Below, piece by piece: positions 26,668 to 35,325 of a stretch of 64,000 nucleotides of DNA. The notes beneath the pieces are model-generated. The model saw only the letters and a list, made by a program, of their open reading frames with translations, was not told where the DNA came from and searched no databases. The DNA is from an uncultured Burkholderiales bacterium (GTDB lineage Bacteria; Pseudomonadota; Gammaproteobacteria; Burkholderiales; Burkholderiaceae_C). The stretch covers positions 6,127 to 70,126 of the forward strand of contig CAIWWN010000270.1 of assembly GCA_903916355.1 (NCBI GenBank). Direction: 5' to 3'. Position 1 is the stretch's first letter. The number at the start of each line of letters is the position of its first letter. Made by a program: the position numbers and the translations under genes.

Positions 26668-27252
26668 TCAAGCGCCTTGCAATTGAAACACCGCTGTGCC
26701 TGCCATCAGGTTGGGCAGAGCGCGCACTTCGTGGCCGTTTTGCAGGCCAAAGGCATCGCGCACGCGCAGCTGGTTTTTGCGCGCCAACTCGGCAAAGTCG
26801 GCAAAAGTGCCGACGCGGATATTGGGCGTGTCGTACCACTGGTAAGGCAGACGGCGCGTCACCGGCATGCGCCCTTGCAGCACCGCCAAGCGGTTGGGCC
26901 AATGGCCAAAGTTGGGAAAAGCCACCACGCCCATGCGGCCCACGCGCACGGTTTCGCGCAGCATCACCTCGGCGTTGCGCAGGTGTTGCAGGGTGTCGAT
27001 TTGCAGCACCACGTCAAACGATTGGTCGGCGAACAGGTTCAGGCCCTCATCCAAATTCAGCTGAATCACATTCACGCCGCGTTGCACGCAGGCGTGCACA
27101 TTGGTGTCGTCCAACTCCACGCCGTAACCGGTGCAGCCGTGGTGCTGTTGCAGATGCGCCAGCATGGCGCCGTCGCCGCAGCCCAGGTCGAGCACGCGGG
27201 CGCCGTGTGGCACCAGGCGGGCAATGGCGTGCAGGTTCAAAGGGTCGCTCAT
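26668..27252 (-). CDS. metW: Methionine biosynthesis protein MetW
   Basis: VLDLGCGDG...[15 protein letters not shown]...AFPNFGHW...[15 protein letters not shown] overlap with metX. Confidence 0.9.
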   Translation of the reverse strand: MSDPLNLHAIARLVPHGARVLDLGCGDGAMLAHLQQHHGCTGYGVELDDTNVHACVQRGVNVIQLNLDEGLNLFADQSFDVVLQIDTLQHLRNAEVMLRETVRVGRMGVVAFPNFGHWPNRLAVLQGRMPVTRRLPYQWYDTPNIRVGTFADFAELARKNQLRVRDAFGLQNGHEVRALPNLMAGTAVFQLQGA

Positions 27253-28418
27253 GCGCCCACTCCGGTGGCCAATTCAACGCCCAGTTCGGCATGAATCCGG
27301 GCAAAGTAAGAGCGCACCACATTCATGTAGCGGGCGTCGTCGAGCAAGAAAGCGTCGTGCCCGTGCGGCGCGTCGATCTCGGCATAGCTCACGTCACGTT
27401 GGTTGTCGAGCAAGGCCTTGACCACCTCGCGGCTGCGCGCGGGCGAAAAGCGCCAATCGGTGCTGAAGCTCACCAGCAAAAACTTGCAAGTGGCGCGGGC
27501 CAGCGCGGCCGACAAATCGCCGCCATGCTCACGCGCCGGATCAAAATAATCCAGCGCCCGGGTGATCAGCAAATAGGTATTGGCGTCAAAGTACTCGCTG
27601 AACTTGTCGCCTTGGTAGCGCAGATAGCTTTCAATCTGGAACTCCACGTCTTGCGTGGAGTAACGGTAGCCGGTGGCGTTGGAGGTGACGGCCTCTCGCA
27701 GTTGGCGGCCGAACTTTTCGTTCATCACATCGTCACTCAGGTAGGTGATGTGACCGATCATGCGGGCAATGCGCAAACCGCGTTTCGGGATCACCCCATG
27801 CCGATAAAAATGACCTTCGTGAAAGTCGGGGTCGGTGACGATGGCGCGGCGCGCCACTTCGTTGAAAGCGATGTTTTCGGCGGTCAGGTTGGGCGCGCTC
27901 GCCACCACCACCGCGTGCTTGACGCGCGCGGGATGCTGCAGCGTCCAAGACAGGGCTTGCATGCCCCCCAGACTGCCGCCCATCACCGCGGCCAGCTGCA
28001 CAATGCCCAGGGCGTCAAGCAAGCGCGCTTGCGCATCGACCCAGTCTTCCACCGTCATCACCGGAAAGTCCGCGCCGTACACCAGTCCGGTGTCGGGGTT
28101 GAGGTGCATCGGGCCGGTCGAGCCAAAGCAAGAGCCGAGGTTGTTGACGCCAATGACGAAAAATTGATTGGTGTCCACCGGCTTGCCGGGGCCGATCATG
28201 TTGTCCCACCAGCCCTCGCTTTTGTCTTTACCCGCGTAGGTGCCCGCCACGTGATGTGAGGCGTTCAGCGCATGGCAGATCAGCACCGCATTGGACTTAT
28301 CCAAGTTCAGCTCGCCATAGGTCTCGTACGACAAGGCGTAGTCGCGAATCGACGCCCCGCTTTGCAATGGCAAGGCGGCCTCAAAACGCATCGACAGTGG
28401 TGTGGCAATGAAAGTCAT
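27249..28418 (-). CDS. metX: Homoserine O-acyltransferase MetX (acetyl- or succinyl-specific; not decidable by eye)
   Basis: [17 protein letters not shown]..., [10 protein letters not shown] nucleophile elbow, ...[12 protein letters not shown] at 28418. The TTG at 28466 used by the track adds 16 T-rich codons and is probably leader. Confidence 0.85.
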   Translation of the reverse strand: MTFIATPLSMRFEAALPLQSGASIRDYALSYETYGELNLDKSNAVLICHALNASHHVAGTYAGKDKSEGWWDNMIGPGKPVDTNQFFVIGVNNLGSCFGSTGPMHLNPDTGLVYGADFPVMTVEDWVDAQARLLDALGIVQLAAVMGGSLGGMQALSWTLQHPARVKHAVVVASAPNLTAENIAFNEVARRAIVTDPDFHEGHFYRHGVIPKRGLRIARMIGHITYLSDDVMNEKFGRQLREAVTSNATGYRYSTQDVEFQIESYLRYQGDKFSEYFDANTYLLITRALDYFDPAREHGGDLSAALARATCKFLLVSFSTDWRFSPARSREVVKALLDNQRDVSYAEIDAPHGHDAFLLDDARYMNVVRSYFARIHAELGVELATGVGA

Positions 28419-28427
28419 GTCAGCAAC

Positions 28428-28463
28428 AAAAAACCCGGTGACGCCAAAGAGGCAAAACCGGGT
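28428..28463 (-). terminator. Hairpin plus U-tract inside the metX leader (possible attenuator)
   Basis: Minus-sense ACCCGGU, 17-nt loop, ACCGGGU, UUUUU, ending 9 nt before the metX ATG. Confidence 0.4.
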
Positions 28464-28472
28464 CAAGGGGTT

Positions 28473-28538
28473 CTCTCTTTAGCTGTTGTTCGGAACCTGG
28501 TGGTTCACGCGCCCGCAAGCTGGAGCAAATCGGCGCTA
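28473..28538 (-). promoter_or_regulatory. SAM-II-like (metA-motif) riboswitch candidate in the metX leader
   Basis: Minus-sense RNA: GCGCCGAUUUGCUCCAGCUUGCGGGCGCGUGAACCACCAGGUUCCGAACAACAGCUAAAGAGAG. P1 is GCGCC/GGCGC; inserted hairpin GAACC-acca-GGUUC; 3' AGCUAAAG tail. The resemblance to SAM-II is from memory only. Confidence 0.4.
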
Positions 28539-28556
28539 AGTCAGTATAAACCGACT

Positions 28557-29120
28557 TCAAGCCCAACCCCGCAGGGCCACTAGGCCCAGCACCATGAAAA
28601 TCACCGCCGAGACGAGGTGCACCATGCGCAGCGGCACGCGGCGGGTGATCGCGTCGCCCAGCCACACCACCGGGGCGTTGGCCAGCATCATGCCCAGCGT
28701 GGTGCCGGCCACCACCGTCGCCCACGCGTTGTATTGCGCCGCCAGCATGACGGTGGCGATTTGGGTTTTGTCACCCATTTCGGCCAAGAAGAAAGCCACC
28801 ACCGTGGTCAGGAATACACCCAGCCGCGGCGCCGCCTCGCCCTCGTCGCCGTCCAGCTTGTCCGGGATCAGCATCCACAAAGCCATGGCAATGAACGACG
28901 CGCCCAGCACCCAACGCAACACATCCGGCCCCAGCAAGGTGGTAACCCAGCTGCCCAAGGCGCCCGCTAGGCCATGGTTGGCCAGCGTGGCCACCAAAAT
29001 TCCCAGCATGATGGGCCAAGGCTTGCGAAACCGAGCGGCCAGCACCAGCGACAAGAGTTGGGTTTTGTCGCCCATTTCGGCCAAGGCCACGATGCCGGTT
29101 GAGACGAGAAATGCTTCCAT
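28557..29120 (-). CDS. UPF0016 (GDT1/TMEM165/MneA) family cation (Mn2+/Ca2+) exporter
   Basis: Two repeats of the E-x-G-D-K-T motif (LAEMGDKTQLL and LAEMGDKTQIA) in a 6-TM protein. Confidence 0.8.
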   Translation of the reverse strand: MEAFLVSTGIVALAEMGDKTQLLSLVLAARFRKPWPIMLGILVATLANHGLAGALGSWVTTLLGPDVLRWVLGASFIAMALWMLIPDKLDGDEGEAAPRLGVFLTTVVAFFLAEMGDKTQIATVMLAAQYNAWATVVAGTTLGMMLANAPVVWLGDAITRRVPLRMVHLVSAVIFMVLGLVALRGWA

Positions 29121-29284
29121 GGGGGACGACGAGAGCCGTCGGCCCCGGGTTGTCAAACAAGGCGCGATCTTATCGGACGCGCCTCGGGGACGAAGCACCC
29201 GTCAGGGTTGAGCCGCTAACAGCTAGGGGGCTTTCATGGGCACAATGGCTGGAGCGTTGCAACAAAGAAGCAAAAGGAGACACG

Positions 29285-30466
29285 ATGAAAGAAACCCCCT
29301 ATGCCTGGGTGGTGGTTTGGGCCACCTTTGTCTGCTTGGGGGTGATTTTTGGTGTGTCGTATTCGTTCGCGGCTTTTTTTGAATCTTTTGCCACCGAGTT
29401 TGCGGCGCAGCGCGCCGATGTGTCTTGGATTTTTGGCCTGTCTGGTTTTGTCTATTTCGTGATGGGCGCACCCGGCGGCATGCTGGCCGACCGCTTCGGT
29501 CCCCGCTGGGTCTGCGCGGGGGGCATGGTGCTGATCGCGCTGGGTTTGCTGGCTACGAGTTGGGCGCAGTCGTTGTGGGCGGTGTACCTGAGTTATGGCC
29601 TCTTGGTGGGCTTGGGCATTGCGTTCGTGTACACCCAGTCCATCGCCAACGTGCAGCCCTGGTTCAGCACGAGGCGCGGTTTGGCCGGCGGCATTGCCAG
29701 TTCGGGCGTGGGCGCAGGGACTTTGCTGGTGCCGGTGTTGGTGACCCTGGCGCTCAGTCAGATGCCTTGGCGCGAGGCCATGCGCAGCTTGGCCTTGGGG
29801 GTGTTGCTGCTGGGACTGCTGGCCGCCAGCTTGCTCAAAAAAGCACCTCGCCCTGCGAGCACGGGCACGGCCGCAGCGACGGGCTTGAGCCTGCGCGAGA
29901 CCTTGCGCACGCCTACTTTTCGATGGTTTTACCTGGCCGTGGTGCTGGCCTCGCCCGTCATGTTCATTCCGTTTGCCCATGTCTCGGCCTCGGCGCGGGA
30001 CTTGGGTTTGGACGAATCCTTGGCCGTGGGCCTGGTGGGTTTGATTGGTGTGGGCAGCTTGGTGGGGCGCTTTGCCATTGGCGTGATGGCCGACCGACTG
30101 GGCCGCGCCCCGACCTTGGTGCTGATGCAGTTGTCCATGGGGGCGTCCTATGCGGTGTGGTTCACGGCACAAGGGGGCGCGGGCTTGATGTGCTTTGCCC
30201 TGTGGTTTGGCCTGAGTTACGGCAGCATCGTGTCTTTGCTGCCCGCCATTTGCATGGATTACTTTGGCGCCAAATCGGTGGCCGGGGTGGTGGGTACGCT
30301 GTACAGCGGCGCGGCGGTGGGCAACTTGCTCGGCCCGGTACTCGCTGGCGCGGTGTTCGATGCCACAGGGCATTACCATGGCGTGATGGCCGGGTGCGTG
30401 GCCTTGTCGCTGTGCGCCACCTGGGCCACCCACCAGATGCGGCGCCTGGGCCGGGCGCAATACTGA
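29285..30466 (+). CDS. MFS transporter (oxalate/formate-antiporter / monocarboxylate-like)
   Basis: RBS aaggaga, then MKETPYAWVVVW..., GMLADRFGPRW motif A. 12 TM. Confidence 0.75.
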   Translation: MKETPYAWVVVWATFVCLGVIFGVSYSFAAFFESFATEFAAQRADVSWIFGLSGFVYFVMGAPGGMLADRFGPRWVCAGGMVLIALGLLATSWAQSLWAVYLSYGLLVGLGIAFVYTQSIANVQPWFSTRRGLAGGIASSGVGAGTLLVPVLVTLALSQMPWREAMRSLALGVLLLGLLAASLLKKAPRPASTGTAAATGLSLRETLRTPTFRWFYLAVVLASPVMFIPFAHVSASARDLGLDESLAVGLVGLIGVGSLVGRFAIGVMADRLGRAPTLVLMQLSMGASYAVWFTAQGGAGLMCFALWFGLSYGSIVSLLPAICMDYFGAKSVAGVVGTLYSGAAVGNLLGPVLAGAVFDATGHYHGVMAGCVALSLCATWATHQMRRLGRAQY

Positions 30467-30497
30467 CCGCTGTGGGCTCAAGCCTGTTTGGAAGACC

Positions 30498-30965
30498 ATG
30501 AACAACGATTTGCATAACCTGCGGCGAATTTTGAAAAATTGCCGCACCATCGCCGTGGTGGGCTTGTCCGCCGATTGGCACCGCCCCAGTTTTTTTGCGG
30601 CCAAGTACATGCAGTCGCATGGCTACACCATCGTGCCGGTCAATCCACGTTACGCCGGCCAAACGATTTTGGGGGCCACCTGCTACGCCAGCTTGCGCGA
30701 CATTCCCCACCCGGTGGACATGGTGGACGTATTTCGGCGCCCTGAAGATGTGTTGCCGATGGCCGAGCAGGCGGTACAGATCGGCGCGCGATGTTTGTGG
30801 CAACAACTGGGCGTGAACAACACGCAGGCCGACGCATTGGCGCGCGCAGCAGGGCTCGACTCGGTCACCAATCGCTGCGTCAAAATTGAGCATGCGCGCT
30901 TGTTTGGCGGCTTGAATTGGGTGGGCGTGAACACCGGTGTGATTTCTGCGAGGCGTCTGGCATGA
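30498..30965 (+). CDS. CoA-binding domain protein (YccU-like)
   Basis: RTIAVVGLSADWHRPSFFAAKYMQSHGYTIVPVNP...VDMVDVFR. Confidence 0.75.
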   Translation: MNNDLHNLRRILKNCRTIAVVGLSADWHRPSFFAAKYMQSHGYTIVPVNPRYAGQTILGATCYASLRDIPHPVDMVDVFRRPEDVLPMAEQAVQIGARCLWQQLGVNNTQADALARAAGLDSVTNRCVKIEHARLFGGLNWVGVNTGVISARRLA

Positions 30966-32242
30966 GCGATCGAATTTTCCATCCTGAAACACTGGCCATC
31001 CACGCGGGTCAAATCCCGGATACCGCGACCGGTGCGCGTGCCCTGCCGATTTACCAAACCACCAGCTTCGTCTTTGACAGCGCCGAGCATGCGGCCTCGC
31101 TGTTCAATTTGCAGACCTTCGGCAATGTGTATTCGCGCCTGAGCAACCCCACAGTGGCGGTGTTGGAAGAGCGCGTGGCCGCCTTGGAGATGGGCCGCGC
31201 GGCCGTGGCCAGTGCCTCCGGCATGGCGGCTGAAACCATGGCCTTGATGACGATTTTGCAAGCCGGCGACCACGTGGTCGCGGCCGGCGCTTTATACGGC
31301 GGCTCAGTGACTTTACTGGCCGTGAGCTTGGCCAAATTCGGCATTGAAACCACGTTTGTGGACGCTCTCAACCCTGAGGCTTTTGCCGCCGCCATGCGCC
31401 CCAACACCCGTGCTGTGTTCGCCGAGAGTCTGGGCAATCCGAGCATGGTGGTGCTCGACATTGCGGCGGTGGCCGAGGTGGCCCACGCGCATGGCGTGCC
31501 CTTGATTGTCGACAACACCGTGCCCAGCCCGATGCTGTGCAACCCGCTGGCCTTGGGCGCCGATGTGGTGGTGCACTCGGCCACCAAATACCTGGGTGGT
31601 CACGGCACCACCCTGGCCGGCGTGGTGGTGGAGGGCGGCAAATTTCCTTGGGACAACGGCAAGTTCCCGGGCATGACCGAGCCCTCTGCCGGTTACCACG
31701 GAGTGAAGTTTTACGAAACCTTTGGCGACTTTGGTTTTTCCATGCGCTGCCGCATGGAAAGCCTGCGCGTGTTTGGCGCGGCGCTCAGCCCCATGAGCGC
31801 TTGGCAAATCTTGCAAGGGGTCGAGACGCTGCCCCTGCGCATGACCAAACATTGCGATAACGCGTTGGCTGTGGCCCGCTTTCTGCAAGACCACCCGCGG
31901 GTGGCCTGGGTCAATTACCCCGGCCTGCCCGACCACCCGCAGCACGATTTGCTGATGCGGCAAATGCGTGGCGCCTCGGGCTTGCTGGCGTTTGGCGTCA
32001 AAGGCGGCTTGAGCCAGGGCGTGAAGTTCATCGAGTCGGCGCAGTTCATGAGCCACTTGGTGAACATTGGCGATACCCGCACCCTGATTAGCCACCCGGC
32101 CAGCACCACGCACCGCCAACTCGATGATGCGCAGCAACTGGCCGCCGGCGTGCCCCCCGACATGATTCGCATCTCGGTCGGCCTAGAGCATGTGGACGAT
32201 ATTTTGTGGGACCTGGACCAGGCGCTGGCCGCGACGCTGTAA
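30962..32242 (+). CDS. metY: O-acetyl(succinyl)homoserine sulfhydrylase MetY (PLP)
   Basis: ETLAIHAGQ...YQTTSFVF...YSRLSNPT...HSATKYLGGHG (PLP lysine). ATGA overlap with the upstream gene. Confidence 0.85.
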   Translation: MSDRIFHPETLAIHAGQIPDTATGARALPIYQTTSFVFDSAEHAASLFNLQTFGNVYSRLSNPTVAVLEERVAALEMGRAAVASASGMAAETMALMTILQAGDHVVAAGALYGGSVTLLAVSLAKFGIETTFVDALNPEAFAAAMRPNTRAVFAESLGNPSMVVLDIAAVAEVAHAHGVPLIVDNTVPSPMLCNPLALGADVVVHSATKYLGGHGTTLAGVVVEGGKFPWDNGKFPGMTEPSAGYHGVKFYETFGDFGFSMRCRMESLRVFGAALSPMSAWQILQGVETLPLRMTKHCDNALAVARFLQDHPRVAWVNYPGLPDHPQHDLLMRQMRGASGLLAFGVKGGLSQGVKFIESAQFMSHLVNIGDTRTLISHPASTTHRQLDDAQQLAAGVPPDMIRISVGLEHVDDILWDLDQALAATL

Positions 32243-32305
32243 CGCGTTGAGGGCACGCCCTGAGCGTGGAGCGCCCTGAATTGGCGCATGGCGCGCATCA
32301 AATTC

Positions 32306-32321
32306 GGGCATCATTTTTGCT
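32306..32321 (+). promoter_or_regulatory. Sigma-54-type promoter candidate for amt
   Basis: gGGCAtcattTTTGCt. GG (32307-8) and GC (32319-20) have the canonical 12-nt offset of TGGCAC-N5-TTGC. Confidence 0.45.
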
Positions 32322-32327
32322 TTAGAT

Positions 32328-32363
32328 TGGTGCGTAAAAGCCTGATATGGAATTTACGCACCA
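32328..32363 (+). repeat. Perfect 11-bp inverted repeat TGGTGCGTAAA-N14-TTTACGCACCA in the amt leader
   Basis: Arms at 32328-32338 and 32353-32363, immediately downstream of the sigma-54-like element and 31 nt before the amt ATG. Confidence 0.8.
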
Positions 32364-32393
32364 AAATTAATCAAAATCAAGCGAGAGACTTCA

Positions 32394-33596
32394 ATGGAAG
32401 CACTGAAACAGGGCGCGGATGCGCTTTTTATTTTGTTGGGCGGCGTCATGGTGTTGGCCATGCACGCAGGATTTGCCTTTTTAGAGTTGGGCACGGTCCG
32501 CAAAAAAAACCAGGTCAATGCCTTGGTCAAAATCCTGGTGGACTTCTCAGTCTCCACCGTGATGTATTTTGTGATCGGCTACAGCGTGGCCTATGGCACC
32601 ACCTTTTTTGTTGGCGCCGAGCAATTGGCCGCCAAAAATGGCTATGAGTTGGTCAAGTTCTTTTTCTTATTGACCTTTGCGGCCGCCATACCGGCCATCA
32701 TTTCTGGCGGCATTGCCGAGCGCGCCAAGTTTTGGCCTCAGTTGATCGCTACGGCGGTGATTGTGGGCTTTGTTTATCCCTTCTTTGAAGGCATTGCGTG
32801 GAACCAGCACTTTGGCGTGCAGGCTTGGATCAAGGCCTTCACAGGCGACGAGTTCCATGACTTTGCCGGCTCGGTGGTGGTGCACGCGGTGGGCGGCTGG
32901 ATTGCTTTGCCTGCGGTGGTGTTGCTGGGCGCGCGTTACAACCGTTACCGCAAAGACGGCCAGGTGTCGGCGCATCCCCCATCGAGCATCCCGTTCCTCG
33001 CCTTGGGCGCTTGGATTTTGATCGTGGGCTGGTTCGGCTTTAACGTGATGAGCGCGCAGACTTTAGACAAGATTTCGGGCCTGGTCGCCGTCAACTCCTT
33101 GATGGCCATGGTCGGCGGTACGATCACTGCTTTGTTGATCGGTAAGAACGACCCCGGCTTTGTGCACAACGGCCCTCTGGCAGGCTTGGTGGCGGTGTGT
33201 GCAGGCTCTGACTTGATGCATCCTTTGGGTGCGCTGGTGGTGGGCTGCGTGGCCGGCGCTTTGTTTGTGGTCATGTTCACTTTGACGCAAAACAAATGGA
33301 AGATTGACGATGTCCTGGGCGTCTGGCCCTTGCATGGTTTGTGCGGCACTTGGGGCGGCATTGCGGCAGGTATTTTTGGCAGCCAGTCCTTGGGCGGCTT
33401 GGGTGGCGTGAACCTGACCGCGCAACTGATGGGCACCGCCATGGGTGTGGCTTGGGCGCTGCTGGGTGGGCTGGTGGTCTACGGCACCTTGAAATGGACC
33501 ATGGGCATCAAGATGAGCCCTGAAGAAGAATACGAGGGCGCCGACCTCACGGTGCACAAAATCAGCGCCACGCCGGACCGTGAAGTCAGTTGGTAA
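32394..33596 (+). CDS. amt: Ammonium transporter (Amt family)
   Basis: ALFILLGGVMVLAMHAGFAFLELG...VVHAVGGW...GVWPLHGLCGTWGG. Confidence 0.9.
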   Translation: MEALKQGADALFILLGGVMVLAMHAGFAFLELGTVRKKNQVNALVKILVDFSVSTVMYFVIGYSVAYGTTFFVGAEQLAAKNGYELVKFFFLLTFAAAIPAIISGGIAERAKFWPQLIATAVIVGFVYPFFEGIAWNQHFGVQAWIKAFTGDEFHDFAGSVVVHAVGGWIALPAVVLLGARYNRYRKDGQVSAHPPSSIPFLALGAWILIVGWFGFNVMSAQTLDKISGLVAVNSLMAMVGGTITALLIGKNDPGFVHNGPLAGLVAVCAGSDLMHPLGALVVGCVAGALFVVMFTLTQNKWKIDDVLGVWPLHGLCGTWGGIAAGIFGSQSLGGLGGVNLTAQLMGTAMGVAWALLGGLVVYGTLKWTMGIKMSPEEEYEGADLTVHKISATPDREVSW

Positions 33597-33821
33597 TTAC
33601 CACAATTCATGACCTATTCCAGTTATTTTCAAAATAAGTACACAAATCGCTTGCGTGCGAACTTGATTTGTGGCTCATAATGGTTTAGCACAGGTTTTTA
33701 GGCCTGTGCATAGTTCGCGGTGAATTGGTCAGTTTCGCTTCCTTCCAGTGTTTTTGGGTTTGTTGAATGCGTTTTCGGGACTCCATCGCTTTTGTTTCTG
33801 TGTTTTGAGGAGTCCCTTTCA

Positions 33822-34388
33822 ATGGGCAAAAAACTTTACGTCGGCAACCTGCCGTACTCGGTTCGTGATGGTGATTTGGAACAGGCTTTCGGCCAGTTCG
33901 GTGCCGTGACCAGCGCCAAAGTCATGATGGAGCGCGATACCGGTCGTTCCAAAGGCTTTGGCTTTGTGGAAATGGGCACTGACGAAGAAGCTGTTGCAGC
34001 TGTCAATGGCATGAACGGCCAGCCTTTGGGCGGTCGTAGCATCGTGGTGAACGAAGCTCGTCCCATGGAAGATCGTCCTCCCCGCACCGGTGGTTTCGGT
34101 GGTGGTGGTGGCGGTCGTCGTGAAGGCGGCGGCGGCGGTTACGGCGGCGGTGCTGGCGGTGGCGGTGGCTACGGCGGTGGTGGCGGCGGTTACGGCGGCG
34201 GTGCTGGCGGTGGCGGCGGCTACGGCGGCGGCGGTGGTGGTCGTCGTGAAGGCGGCGGCGGCGGTTACGGCGGCAGCGGCGGTGGTGGTGGCGGCGAAAG
34301 CGGTTTCCGCAGCCCCTACGGCTCCGGCCCACGCGGCGGTAGCGGTGGCGGTCGTCGCGAAGGCGGCGGCGGTGGCGGTAGCTACTAA
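33822..34388 (+). CDS. RRM (RNP-1) RNA-binding protein with a ~100-aa Gly/Tyr/Arg-rich tail
   Basis: RBS gaggag. RNP2 LYVGNL and RNP1 KGFGFVEM, followed by GGGGRREGGGGGYGGGAGGGGGYGGGGGGYGG... Confidence 0.85.
   Translation: MGKKLYVGNLPYSVRDGDLEQAFGQFGAVTSAKVMMERDTGRSKGFGFVEMGTDEEAVAAVNGMNGQPLGGRSIVVNEARPMEDRPPRTGGFGGGGGGRREGGGGGYGGGAGGGGGYGGGGGGYGGGAGGGGGYGGGGGGRREGGGGGYGGSGGGGGGESGFRSPYGSGPRGGSGGGRREGGGGGGSY
34081..34380 (+). repeat. Imperfect tandem GGY/GGC-rich coding repeats (Gly-rich tail of the RRM protein)
   Basis: Repeated units such as ggcggcggtgctggcggtggcgg(t/c)ggctacggcgg and ggtcgtcgtgaaggcggcggcggcggttacggcggc. Confidence 0.8.
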
Positions 34389-34423
34389 GCACTGAGCGCT
34401 TCTTTACTGAAGCGTTTCAAAGC

Positions 34424-34449
34424 AAAAGCCCTGCATTGCAGGGCTTTTT
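34424..34449. terminator. Bidirectional rho-independent terminator between the RRM gene and the convergent SDR gene
   Basis: AAAA GCCCTGC att GCAGGGC TTTTT. Confidence 0.8.
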
Positions 34450-34498
34450 CACGCCTGGGTTTTCTACTTTGCCTCTGGAAAGGCCTCTCACCTCTTAG

Positions 34499-35302
34499 CT
34501 AGAGGGGGGAGCGGTGTTTGCGCGGTTGGTTTTGTAGCAAGCGGTCGAGCCAGGCTTCGGGCAACAAGCGCAGCAGCGCGGCCACGATCGCCATGGGCCA
34601 AGGGATCACGCGGTAGGGGGTTCCTGCCGCAATGGCCTTGAAAGCCTTTTCCGCAAAAGCCTGCGACGACATCAGAAAAGGCATGGGGTATTTGTTTTTG
34701 CGGGTGAGCGGCGTGTCCACATAGCCGGGAGCAATCGTGACCACGCGCACGCCTTTGCGCCTGCCATGGCCACGCAGCTCGCCGCGCAGGCTTTCGCAGT
34801 AACTGATGACGGCCGCTTTGCTGGCGCAATAAGCAGCGTGCCCCGGCAAACCCCGGATGCCCGCCACGCTGGCGATGCCCACCAAGGTGAAAGCGGGCGC
34901 ATCGGGCTCATTCGCCTGGGCTTGCATGGGCGCTATAAAAGGGTGAAAGGTCGCGGCCAGCCCCAACACGTTGGTGGCCATGACGCGTTGCATCACCGCC
35001 AGATCGGCGCGCACCGCCGTGTCCATGCCCTGGCTGATGCCGGCATTGGCGATCACCACTTCGGGCAAGCCCAGGCTCGCCATACATTGCTCGGCAGCCT
35101 CAATGATGCTGGCGTTGTCGCTGACATCGGCGGCAAAGACACGGTAATCGTCTGCGTTCAGTCCCTGACTTTGTGCCCAGTCGTGCATCGCTTGGGCGCG
35201 GCGTGCCACCAAAGCCAGGCGCCAACCGGCTTGGTGGTAGCGCAGCGCCAAGGCCTGGCCAATGCCGCTGGACGCGCCGGTGATGAAGACCAGGGGTTGC
35301 AT
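34499..35302 (-). CDS. SDR family oxidoreductase
   Basis: ITGASSGIGQA and YCASKAA catalytic motif. Confidence 0.8.
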   Translation of the reverse strand: MQPLVFITGASSGIGQALALRYHQAGWRLALVARRAQAMHDWAQSQGLNADDYRVFAADVSDNASIIEAAEQCMASLGLPEVVIANAGISQGMDTAVRADLAVMQRVMATNVLGLAATFHPFIAPMQAQANEPDAPAFTLVGIASVAGIRGLPGHAAYCASKAAVISYCESLRGELRGHGRRKGVRVVTIAPGYVDTPLTRKNKYPMPFLMSSQAFAEKAFKAIAAGTPYRVIPWPMAIVAALLRLLPEAWLDRLLQNQPRKHRSPL

Positions 35303-35325
35303 GGGTTCAGTGCTTTCTCAGTGCT

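Noticed and set aside
29121-29284. Expected yybP-ykoY (Mn2+) riboswitch upstream of the UPF0016 exporter gene
   Set aside because: The minus-sense leader has hairpins (GGCGCG-11 nt-CGCGCC; GGGG..GACG-gcuc-ucgUCGUC-CCCC just before the AUG) and a UUGUUUGACAAC segment reminiscent of the UUGUUGACAUA block. However, I could not find the conserved GGGGAGUAG 5' element on that strand. A GGGGACGAAGC lies on the opposite strand, facing the MFS gene. This is not supportable without a cmsearch (RF00080).
32328-32363. Interpreting the amt inverted repeat as a standard NtrC enhancer site
   Set aside because: The half-sites resemble TGGTGCA/TGCACCA, but they are in the reverse relative orientation, about 25 bp apart centre to centre, and downstream of the putative promoter. 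This is not the TGCACCA-N3-TGGTGCA dyad, so it is reported only as an unexplained repeat.
34090-34380. Repetitive GGC/GGT-rich DNA that could be mistaken for a microsatellite or CRISPR-like array
   Set aside because: There are no unique spacers. The repeats are in frame and encode the Gly-rich tail of the RRM protein. The opposite-strand and other-frame ORFs (34003..34392, 34090..34395) are artefacts of the repeat.
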